In this document: positions 7,829 through 14,995 of the stretch, piece by piece | Position numbering within the stretch: the stretch's first letter is position 1 | How the letters are laid out: each line of letters begins with the position of its first letter | Virus record (IMG/VR): IMGVR_UViG_2537562190_000023 | DNA from: a virus | Lineage: Duplodnaviria > Heunggongvirae > Uroviricota > Caudoviricetes | Reading direction: 5' to 3' (one strand) | Length of the DNA stretch: 20,641 nt | Translations under genes and position numbers: made by a program | The notes under the pieces: generated by a model | What the model saw: the letters and a program-made list of their open reading frames with translations, nothing else | What the model was told of the DNA's origin: nothing | Databases searched by the model: none

Positions 7829-8587
7829 TCAAGTGCCTTTCCTGGTCCAGCCATATTTTTTGAATGCAGGCGCCGCTTCATCGGTTTGTAGCCATTCTGC
7901 AAATCGACGGGTTTCATCATTTGCATCCTGACGTACTGTAATGTTCATATCACGCCATATCACGTAGTCTGGCGCTATTTCCACGACATCACCAATTTCT
8001 GGATTACTGGCTGCCCAGTCAGCCCAGGTTATCCAGACATCTGCTTCAGGCTGATTCTCAAGAGCCTTACGTGCAGTTCCGCTATTGGGCGCATATAAAA
8101 TAATATTTTTTCGGATTGCGGCGACAGTTTCTATATTCCCTTTACGTCCGGCAATATCTTCCCAGACGCCAGTGCCTGATGTATTACTGGTACCACCACC
8201 ATCATTAACAATTACGCCAATCCCGGGTCTGGTCAGGTCGTCAATACTCCGGATATTTTTAGGATTACCTTTCTTTACCAGTAAAATACTTTTTCGCAGA
8301 TAAAGAGGCTGAATATCTTTTTCACTGAAGCTGTCTTTATGGTCCCGAATGATAGCCAGAGCAGATTGTTCTGATGCGCCAAACAAGATATCTGCATTTT
8401 TTTTGGCATCTTCATTCCATTTGTTCTGTGGGCCGTAATGAACGTTCACTATAATACCTGTTTTTTCGGCATAAAGTTTGGCTGCATCAAGCAAGGCTGT
8501 ATGCGGGCCACCAGGACCATACAGATTGATATCAGCATAAGCAGCAGAAGACAGGAATATTAAAAAACCTGCCATTATGTTCCTCAT
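7829..8587 (-). CDS. Periplasmic substrate-binding protein of the ModA/AcfC-like family, with signal peptide; orphan (no permease or ATPase partner in the window)
   Basis: 252 aa. N-terminal signal peptide MRNIMAGFLIFLSSAAYA. Sequence pattern fits ModA/TupA/AcfC-type binding proteins as recalled. Strong SD AAAAGGAG. The flanks are visibly AT-rich. Confidence 0.7.
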   Translation of the reverse strand: MRNIMAGFLIFLSSAAYADINLYGPGGPHTALLDAAKLYAEKTGIIVNVHYGPQNKWNEDAKKNADILFGASEQSALAIIRDHKDSFSEKDIQPLYLRKSILLVKKGNPKNIRSIDDLTRPGIGVIVNDGGGTSNTSGTGVWEDIAGRKGNIETVAAIRKNIILYAPNSGTARKALENQPEADVWITWADWAASNPEIGDVVEIAPDYVIWRDMNITVRQDANDETRRFAEWLQTDEAAPAFKKYGWTRKGT

Positions 8588-8719
8588 AAAAAACTCCTTT
8601 TATTGGTTATCATGAAATAAAGTTATAAACACTACAAATAATATATATTACATCCAGATAAACTTATCCGACTTTACCTCGTGCATAGCTTGTTATTTAA
8701 AGTTAACAAAATAAGGAAA

Positions 8720-8779
8720 ATTATACGCATATTGAAGAGTATAAACCTTACATGTTGATTACATTTTTGTAATCAACAT
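8720..8779 (-). promoter_or_regulatory. Promoter of the binding-protein gene: perfect -10 plus an upstream palindromic operator
   Basis: Minus-strand TATAAT (plus 8720-8725) about 130 nt upstream of the ATG. Inverted repeat ATGTTGATTACA-TTTT-TGTAATCAACAT (12-bp arms, 8752-8779) overlaps the -35 position. Confidence 0.4.
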
Positions 8780-9446
8780 CCTGTTTGGAATAGCCAGCCT
8801 TTAATGGATAACTATTTCTGACAATGCAATGAGTATAATCAAGTCCATCTTCCACTGAGAATTAGAGGCGGCATGCTTTTTCCGACTCTTGCCGGATATC
8901 CGTAATTGTCCATAATCTGCAGATTTATACCTTCAGCATGACCTGCCAGCGAAAATTTGTCCGGTGTTTCTACGGAAATAACATCAAAAGTTACACGCAC
9001 TCGCGTTACCGTGTAGACCTACTTTCCTGCACTTGCAAGATCACAGTGGTGTAACCGTAACAGGAATTTATTCTCTGGACCGGCAGTAAATCCCTGAGTG
9101 GCGTGGTTCCCATATCAATTTCCAGCCAGGCAGCCTCCATTGCCAGCGTACTGGCTGGAGCCATGACCTGCCCTTTAAATCTGGCCCGACCATCCCACCG
9201 GACGTGTTCTTCTCCCCTGAACTTAGGTACAGTCATCTCCAGTGGCACAAAAGTGTCAGCGCCATGATTTTTGACCGTTATCGCGCTACGGATATTTTGT
9301 TGACTGGTGAAAATTACCCCGCAGAATCAGGCTTATTCCCTTAACCCGGGCTTTCATCCTGACCGCCGCCTCACTACGACCAATCAGACTGCCGATGCAT
9401 TTTACCTTCATTGTTAGTATCATAATTTCAGGCCTGCACCATCCGC

Positions 9447-10193
9447 TCATTGCCCGGACTTCCGACAAATCCCGGCAACCATATCTCGGTGCTTGTTCAG
9501 CTCCCGCAGCGCGGCGCAGACTCGCTCCCACTTCTGGACATGACTTTTCGCCCGACGCAATTCGCGGTTTGCCATATGCAGCGATGGTAAAACCAGGTCA
9601 TCCGCTCGCGTTTCAGTAAACGATGGCAACGATTGCACAATATCAGCCACAGTTTCTGTTTTAATATCTTCCTGTGTTGCAGCTTCCTGTACTGGTAACG
9701 CAACACCTGCTGACTGAGGAAAGGCTTTACCATCATTTTCCGTTACCGGCACGGATTTCGGCTCTGCTGGTAACTTATCGCCCGGCATGCAGTAACGAAA
9801 TTTACCGTTCTGGTTTACACGAATCAGACGACCTTTGCTGATTGCCATTGCCAGCGTTGAAGCCACTTTGCGTGATGTTGTACCGAACAACGTAGCCAGC
9901 TCATCAGCCGTTTGTGGTCCGCGTTGTTCAACCGTCGCAGTTAAATCGCACTCCGAAATTTTAGCGACTGTTGCCGTGGTGGTTTCTTCCGACAGTTCTG
10001 CCGGCGCTGGCTGTTCCTGCTGAACGTTGTTATAAGCCACACGCCAGGTGTATACGCTTTTATCAACGAAGCCAGCCTTTCTCAGTTCCCACAGCTCGTT
10101 CAGCACTTCTTCACGACTGATATCAAGTCGCGCAGCCAGCTCTACCGACGTGGCTTTTCCCATCGCTTTCAGTGCGTCAAAAACAGTCTCCAT
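9447..10193 (-). CDS. Hypothetical prophage protein with two winged-helix-like segments, 248 aa
   Basis: ATG at 10193 with strong SD GGGAGGAAA. Two HTH-like stretches ([30 protein letters not shown] and [33 protein letters not shown]). Lies directly after the replication genes. Confidence 0.6.
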   Translation of the reverse strand: METVFDALKAMGKATSVELAARLDISREEVLNELWELRKAGFVDKSVYTWRVAYNNVQQEQPAPAELSEETTTATVAKISECDLTATVEQRGPQTADELATLFGTTSRKVASTLAMAISKGRLIRVNQNGKFRYCMPGDKLPAEPKSVPVTENDGKAFPQSAGVALPVQEAATQEDIKTETVADIVQSLPSFTETRADDLVLPSLHMANRELRRAKSHVQKWERVCAALRELNKHRDMVAGICRKSGQ

Positions 10194-10225
10194 AAATTTC
10201 CTCCCGGTAAAAATTACTTCTCAAA

Positions 10226-10891
10226 TCAGACAAACCCAGCCGCTTTCCGGCGTTCATATTCCTGTTTCAGCAACTCAATTGGCGTTGGTCCCGCAGGACG
10301 TTTGGGTGCTGCCAGTTGTCGCCGGACAGGCGGAACACTCAGGCCGTTGCTAACATGCTTTGCCCATTTCGTCAGCTGCCGTTCTGCAAGCCGTTTTAAC
10401 TCCCCTTCGGTCATCTGGCGTTCAATCCCCTTTGAACGCATCTCGAGGCAAATGTGATACAGCACAGGCTGAGACCACGGGTACTTATCACTTCCGTCGT
10501 ATCGCCAGGACTCATTGCGCCAGCGGCGGTACTCCTCCATCACAGCATCCACCGTCAGACCAAATGGATTGGCCCCGCTTTCCGAAATCAGCGCCACAAA
10601 CTCAGCCAGGTCCGGAGGCCATGTTTCACCCGCCCGGCAGCAGTCCATGCACTGGCGGCAGACCTGCCGGATTTGCTGCTCAGTCATCGCGCCAATCTGT
10701 GCAATCCAGAGCTTCGAAGGTGCGGCCCCGTTCTTCTGGGTCCAGCGGTTCGAATAAACCTCCCCCATGAGCTCCCACAGCTTCCAGGCCGTTTCCGTCG
10801 CTGATAAATCCGTTTTCACGTTCCCACTGCTCACGTGCTGCCCGAATTTCCTGAACTGCCCGTGATGCGGTTCCACCTGGTGCTGCTGCAT
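10226..10891 (-). CDS. Replication protein P-like (DnaB helicase loader)
   Basis: Similarity to lambda P as recalled (YPW motif, ELKRLAERQL, VPPVRRQL blocks). ATG at 10891 has SD AGGGGG, but this start overlaps the 3' end of the initiator gene by about 210 nt. An alternative coupled start at 10687 (ATGACTGA) would give 153 aa. Confidence 0.6.
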   Translation of the reverse strand: MQQHQVEPHHGQFRKFGQHVSSGNVKTDLSATETAWKLWELMGEVYSNRWTQKNGAAPSKLWIAQIGAMTEQQIRQVCRQCMDCCRAGETWPPDLAEFVALISESGANPFGLTVDAVMEEYRRWRNESWRYDGSDKYPWSQPVLYHICLEMRSKGIERQMTEGELKRLAERQLTKWAKHVSNGLSVPPVRRQLAAPKRPAGPTPIELLKQEYERRKAAGFV

Positions 10892-11720
10892 GGTTTACCC
10901 CCTTGCTGACTGGTTTAACCTGCGCCCTGACGTGATTTACGTGACGGGCGAATTTCTGCTCCCACTGAACCTGCGTAAACACTTTCCCCTCCGCTGCCCA
11001 GTAGTCCCGGAATGCGGCAAGTTCAGCAGGTGTGAATTCTGTCTCCGGCAAAGCCATCCCCCACAACGCAGCCCGTCGTCGAAAATCCCGTGACGGATAC
11101 CAGTTATCGGTCATCGGAAATTTTCCGATGGGTTCGCTCAGGCCATCCAGGAATACAGGGGGGACTGCCTGTAACGACAAAACTTCCTGCTCACTGGTCG
11201 GAGCACTCTCGCGTGCGTTATGTGTGGGGTTTAAATCTTTGGGTTCCTTTGGGTTCCGTGATCCGTTTTTGGGTGTCTTTGATGGAAAATTTGGGTGTCT
11301 TTGGTTATTTTCCATGCAGCAAAGAGTTCCGTTTTTGGGGCTGTTTTGTGCTGAAACATAACCGTTTTCGGTTCTGTTTTTATTAACAGTACCAATTTTA
11401 CCTACCTTTAAAGACTCCCGTTTTTGGGTGTATTCATCCTCGGTAACACTTTCTTCAACACCGATAAGTCGGTACACCACAATTTGTTTTGTCCGGCCTT
11501 TTCTCTCACCGGTATCAACAATTAACCCAATCTCCATCAGGTGTCGTAAGCTGTCCTGCACAGTCTTTTTGTTCAGTTCCGTTACTTCTGCCAGTGCAGA
11601 TACAGACGGGTATGCACACAAATCGGCACCGCACATATCAGCAAGCCAGGTCAATACTGACTTACTGGATGAACTGCCGGTTTTCACCTTTTTAGCCCAT
11701 CGTAGCGCATCGATACTCAT
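10680..11720 (-). CDS. Replication initiation protein (lambda O-like): N-terminal HTH, low-complexity linker encoded over the iterons
   Basis: ATG at 11720 (MSIDALRWAKK...). N-terminal HTH typical of phage initiators. The linker NKNRTENGYVSAQNSPKNG... is encoded by the iteron DNA, as in lambda O. The six-frame track's earlier start at 11795 is TTG. Confidence 0.6.
   Translation of the reverse strand: MSIDALRWAKKVKTGSSSSKSVLTWLADMCGADLCAYPSVSALAEVTELNKKTVQDSLRHLMEIGLIVDTGERKGRTKQIVVYRLIGVEESVTEDEYTQKRESLKVGKIGTVNKNRTENGYVSAQNSPKNGTLCCMENNQRHPNFPSKTPKNGSRNPKEPKDLNPTHNARESAPTSEQEVLSLQAVPPVFLDGLSEPIGKFPMTDNWYPSRDFRRRAALWGMALPETEFTPAELAAFRDYWAAEGKVFTQVQWEQKFARHVNHVRAQVKPVSKGVNHAAAPGGTASRAVQEIRAAREQWERENGFISDGNGLEAVGAHGGGLFEPLDPEERGRTFEALDCTDWRDD
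11237..11435. repeat. Iteron array (candidate origin of replication) inside the initiator gene
   Basis: Six or more copies of a TTTGGG core (consensus about CCGTTTTTGGGTGTCTTTG) at 11238, 11248, 11268, 11290, 11334 and 11423, spaced at roughly 10, 20, 22, 44 and 89 bp (near helical-turn multiples). Confidence 0.55.
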
Positions 11721-12243
11721 ACGAACCCCAGACAGATATTTGTTTATCTGCAAAGTAATGTTGGTATTGCTGACGATACGCACGCTTGAAAGCAATAGCT
11801 TTTTCTATAAGTTCGTCAGTCTCACGTTCCACAACAGCTGGATCCGCAAAAAGTAGCCCTGACTCCACCACATCGCCATATTCTTTGTTTAACCCGGCGA
11901 TCATGTACGTAATGCTTTTTCCGTCAGTAATTTCACGATACAACCTGAAATCACTGATCCGGATAGCCGCCATAATTGCCGGAATCAGCGCCGTGAATTT
12001 TTCCCGCTTATCCCTGGTGTCGATAGATTTCCAGCGTTCGAATATCTTCACCCGGTTAACGCCCAGCGCCCGTTGATCAACCGCGCCATCATCAAACGTG
12101 ACGCGTTGAACATCGATGTTCGGGCGTTCTTTCAGAGCCCAGAATGCTTCCGTGATTAATATCGTCGCCTGCTCCTGTGTCATTCCTGGTCGGCATACCC
12201 AGGCATCCAGAGCCTCACAAACCTGTTCAGGGGTGATTTTCAT
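11692..12243 (-). CDS. YdaT-like protein at the cII position, 183 aa (assignment tentative)
   Basis: ATG at 12243 overlaps the 3' end of the Cro-like gene. Position downstream of the Cro/YdaS-like gene matches the cI-YdaS-YdaT modules of Rac and CP-933P. Sequence identity to YdaT was not verified. Confidence 0.45.
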   Translation of the reverse strand: MKITPEQVCEALDAWVCRPGMTQEQATILITEAFWALKERPNIDVQRVTFDDGAVDQRALGVNRVKIFERWKSIDTRDKREKFTALIPAIMAAIRISDFRLYREITDGKSITYMIAGLNKEYGDVVESGLLFADPAVVERETDELIEKAIAFKRAYRQQYQHYFADKQISVWGSYEYRCATMG

Positions 12244-12454
12244 TGTTCAACCGCCCCGCCCGCTTTGCCTTACGATATTCGTCATAAACTTTGGGGTCGT
12301 ACTGAAGTTCCCCGCCGGATGCCTCTTGCAGGCGCATCGCGCGACCTTCAGGAACCAGTTCCCCCCATGCAGCAATGCTTGCCAACCTAACTCCTGCGGC
12401 ATTGGCAAGCTTTGTTTTGCTGCCAAAAAACGCTATAGCATCAATTTTCAACAT
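12227..12454 (-). CDS. Cro-like small HTH regulator (YdaS family-like), 75 aa
   Basis: Divergent from the repressor. SD AGGAG 6 nt upstream of the ATG. HTH pattern KTKLANAAGVRLASIAAW. Confidence 0.6.
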   Translation of the reverse strand: MLKIDAIAFFGSKTKLANAAGVRLASIAAWGELVPEGRAMRLQEASGGELQYDPKVYDEYRKAKRAGRLNNENHP

Positions 12455-12530
12455 ATCGAGCTCCTTAGATTTTCCTAAGGAAACTAGATCGTAGAGAAAC
12501 CTAAGTCAAGAAAAATTAGAATTCCCTAAT
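12455..12530. promoter_or_regulatory. OR-like divergent promoter/operator region between the Cro-like gene and the repressor
   Basis: Inverted repeat CCTTAG-N6-CTAAGG at 12463-12480. The 15-bp element GTAGAGAAACCTAAG at 12491-12505 overlaps a minus-strand -35 TTGACT. Plus-strand -10 TAGAAT at 12517-12522 places the start site at the repressor ATG (leaderless, no SD). Confidence 0.5.
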
Positions 12531-12938
12531 ATGAAAAACGAAACCTTCGGTGCTCGCCTCTTACATAGGCGTAAAAAATTAAAACTGTCTCAGGCCGCAT
12601 TAGGTAAGCTGGTCAAAGTGGCTCACGTAACAATTTCTCAATGGGAAAGAGATGAAACACAGCCGGCGGGGAAAAGATTATTCGCACTGAGCCAAGCGCT
12701 TCAGTGCTCACCGACTTGGCTTCTTTTTGGGGATGAAGATAAACAACCAGGCGAACCGATCCCGAATAATCAGCCAGCCATTCTGACAGAAGATCAAAAA
12801 GAGTTACTTCAACTGTTCGACGCACTGCCTGACTCAGAGCAAAAGGCCCTGTTGTCAGAGATGCGTGCTCGAGTTGAAAATTTCAACAAACTTTTTGAAG
12901 AACTACTTAAAGCTCGCAAAAGAAGCGCAAACAAATAA
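12531..12938 (+). CDS. Prophage repressor, XRE-family HTH, 135 aa, no S24 peptidase domain (cI functional analogue)
   Basis: N-terminal HTH (LKLSQAALGKLVKVAHVTISQWERDETQP). Divergent from the Cro-like gene. Flanked on both sides by the same operator motif. Too short to carry a LexA-like autocleavage domain. Confidence 0.75.
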   Translation: MKNETFGARLLHRRKKLKLSQAALGKLVKVAHVTISQWERDETQPAGKRLFALSQALQCSPTWLLFGDEDKQPGEPIPNNQPAILTEDQKELLQLFDALPDSEQKALLSEMRARVENFNKLFEELLKARKRSANK

Positions 12939-12989
12939 CCCCTTTTTTCTCCACACCCTGTAATAAAAAGCACAAACTTTCAAACACTT

Positions 12990-13062
12990 GTGTTTTTTAC
13001 ACCAAAAAACTTAGGTTTTTCTACATAAGAATCTTGACCATATGCCTTAGGTTATTCTAAAT
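12990..13062 (+). promoter_or_regulatory. OL/pL-like operator-promoter downstream of the repressor gene
   Basis: CTTAGGTTTTTCTAC at 13010-13024 is a near-identical copy of the OR element (reverse complement of 12491-12505). A second CCTTAGG at 13045-13051. -35 TTGACC at 13034-13039 with a weak -10 17 bp downstream. Confidence 0.4.
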
Positions 13063-13139
13063 TTCACTCATCAAGACACCGCACGGTGTTCTCAGCAAAC
13101 AGTTCCGCTACTCCGGCGTTAAGGGGAAATGAGGTCAGC

Positions 13140-13295
13140 ATGGATACTATCGATCTTGGCAGCAACGAATCTCTGGTGTACGGCGTGTTCCCAAACCAGG
13201 ACGGCACGTTCACCGCGATGACGTATACCAAAAGCAAAACGTTTAAAACCGAAAATGGTGCCCGTCGCTGGCTGGAAAGAAACTCAGGTGAGTGA
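13140..13295 (+). CDS. Hypothetical early protein, 51 aa
   Basis: ATG at 13140 with GAGG 5 nt upstream. First ORF after the pL-like promoter. The six-frame ORF begins earlier at a GTG. Confidence 0.4.
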   Translation: MDTIDLGSNESLVYGVFPNQDGTFTAMTYTKSKTFKTENGARRWLERNSGE

Positions 13296-13299
13296 TATG

Positions 13300-13407
13300 G
13301 ATTTCGACACAATCATGGAAAAGGCTTACGAAGAATACTTCGAAGACCTTGCCGAAGGCGAAGAGGCTCTCAGCTTCAGTGAGTTTAAACAGGCGCTTTC
13401 CAGTTAG
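13300..13407 (+). CDS. Hypothetical small acidic protein, 35 aa
   Basis: ATG 5 nt after the previous stop. MDFDTIMEKAYEEYFEDLAEGEEALSFSEFKQALSS. Below the ORF-track length cutoff. Confidence 0.3.
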   Translation, partial: DFDTIMEKAYEEYFEDLAEGEEALSFSEFKQALSS

Positions 13408-13454
13408 GCAAAATCTAACGGCTGATAAGCGAAACAGCACCGCGAGGAATCAGT

Positions 13455-13694
13455 ATGCATAAACGAGAACCCGTCATCATCGCGCCAGACTATACCGATG
13501 ATGAACTTTATGAGTGGATGCGCCAGAAAATTAATGCAGCGCAGGATCTGAAATGGGCCAATGAAGCCAGGGCTAAGCAGGCTGAAAAATCTGTCCGCTC
13601 TGGAGCAGGATATCACCAATTTGGAAAAAGCAGCGGCATTAAGCATTGCCAGAATGATTACATACCCGCGTTAATAGCTAACCAACGAGGATAA
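13455..13694 (+). CDS. Hypothetical early protein, 79 aa as read; possible frameshift near 13585
   Basis: Strong SD GAGGAA 5 nt upstream of the ATG. The N-terminal 45 residues look protein-like. After an A5 run the +1 frame encodes a more helical-looking tail (LSALEQDITNLEKAAALSIARMITYPR). Confidence 0.5.
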   Translation: MHKREPVIIAPDYTDDELYEWMRQKINAAQDLKWANEARAKQAEKSVRSGAGYHQFGKSSGIKHCQNDYIPALIANQRG

Positions 13695-13724
13695 GGTTGG
13701 TAATTAAGGAGTTCTCTACGGGTC

Positions 13725-13762
13725 AGGTGGAGTGCGTGCGCCGGACACGGGTGAGCATCCGG
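13725..13762 (+). terminator. Candidate plus-strand intrinsic terminator closing the first early-gene block
   Basis: Bulged hairpin CGTGCGCCGGA / TCCGGCACG (13725-13756) followed by TTCTTT. Confidence 0.4.
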
Positions 13763-13809
13763 CACGTTCTTTAAAAATCTGGATAGTCCCAACTTATTTA
13801 AACGGTTAA

Positions 13810-14154
13810 TTATCTTGAGTTCATCCAGAACTTATTATTGCAAGCGGGGCAAAAAGTACGAAAATGAGCATCAAAGCGCATTATTTCCATTGGTTGCAGT
13901 ACAGATATTACCTTTTTTCCAAAACATTGTGGGCAAAGATGCACTGTTATCTCGGTATCGCCTATAAATTGCTTCTTGGAATACACAAGAGTTCCAGAAT
14001 CAAGCTTGTTAAGTTTGTAACCTTCCGCCTGTTGCTGAAAGTCTTCTATCTCTGCAATTTTTGCTTTGAGAGATGCGGCTTCTTCCTGATAAGAGCGCAC
14101 CATCTCAATGAGCGATACGCATTCAAACTGAACAGACGTAAGTTTTGAAAGCAT
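13810..14154 (-). CDS. Antisense-oriented zinc-ribbon protein, 114 aa (coiled-coil N-terminus, CPQC-x22-CPAC)
   Basis: Protein-like composition with a predicted coiled coil (EEAASLKAKIAEIEDFQQQAEGY) and a C4 zinc ribbon. Lies on the strand opposite to the surrounding early operon, in an AT-rich stretch. No obvious SD before the ATG at 14154. Confidence 0.55.
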   Translation of the reverse strand: MLSKLTSVQFECVSLIEMVRSYQEEAASLKAKIAEIEDFQQQAEGYKLNKLDSGTLVYSKKQFIGDTEITVHLCPQCFGKKVISVLQPMEIMRFDAHFRTFCPACNNKFWMNSR

Positions 14155-14280
14155 ATCGCTGACAGCGGAATTTATCTCAGTTTGAGTTTTGCATTCAGAA
14201 TACCCTTTGCCATTACCGCAGTTTCTTTGATTGCCGACATTGCTGCTGAGAACTCAACTATCACGTTACATACTCTTCTC

Positions 14281-14324
14281 GTTGTTGGGGATATCCAGAT
14301 TATACAAATTTCTTGTTGTTGGGG
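14281..14324 (-). promoter_or_regulatory. Candidate promoter for the zinc-ribbon gene, flanked by a 10-bp direct repeat
   Basis: Minus-strand perfect -10 TATAAT (plus 14299-14304). Exact direct repeats GTTGTTGGGG at 14281-14290 and 14315-14324, one on each side of the -10. Confidence 0.35.
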
Positions 14325-14806
14325 AATAACAGGAACCACCTCGCCTGACGTGGTTAAAAGCAGGCACACAACGCGAAAGCGTACGGCGAGGTAGCTGGTT
14401 CATAGATAGCCTGTCGTTAAATTTTCGTCGACCGTGCGCTTCCGGTTGTGGCAGTCCGCGAAATGGCGCGGCGGTAAGTATGGCTGGGGTTTCCTCCATT
14501 GCTCCAGAAAATGCACCGGGTTGTCAGGTTGACCATACGCTTAAGTGACAACCCCGCTACAACGCCCTCTGTTATCAATTTTCTGGTGACATTTGGCGGT
14601 ATCAGTTTTACTCCGTGACTGCTCTGCCGCCCTTTTTAAAGTGAATTTTGTGATGCGGTGAATGCGGCTAAGCGCACGCGGAACAGTTAAAACCAAAAAC
14701 AGTGTTATGGGTGGATTCTCTGTATCCGGCGTTAATTGTTAACTGGTTAACGTCACCTGGAGGCACCAGGCACTGCATCACAAAATTCATTGTTGAGGAC
14801 GCGATA

Positions 14807-14995
14807 ATGGAAACGTTATTACCAAACGTTAATACGTCTGAAGGTTGTTTTGATATTGGAGTTCTGCTCAGTAACCGGGAGTTTACTGAAGATGCCATTA
14901 AGATGAGAAAATATGAACCTTATCTTCTTAATGATAATTCCATACTTTCCAGAATTGCCCTTCTTGAACTTGGTATTATCGGAGAACAGCAGTGA
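14807..14995 (+). CDS. Hypothetical protein, 62 aa
   Basis: ATG at 14807 with SD GAGGA 7 nt upstream. The six-frame ORF starts at an upstream GTG. Confidence 0.4.
   Translation: METLLPNVNTSEGCFDIGVLLSNREFTEDAIKMRKYEPYLLNDNSILSRIALLELGIIGEQQ

Noticed and set aside
9006-9531. Minus-strand ORFs of 80 and 81 aa in the degenerate interval
   Set aside because: No ribosome-binding sites, no recognisable domains, and they overlap each other's frames. Treated as relic sequence, reported as a finding rather than as genes.
10360-10804. Plus-strand ORFs (80-136 aa) across the initiator/P-like junction
   Set aside because: Antisense to two well-supported replication genes. Pro/Ser/Arg-rich low-complexity translations.
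14172-14369. 65-codon minus-strand ORF upstream of the zinc-ribbon gene
   Set aside because: GTG start with no SD and implausible composition. It coincides with the predicted promoter and direct repeats of the zinc-ribbon gene, so it is more likely 5' regulatory sequence than coding.
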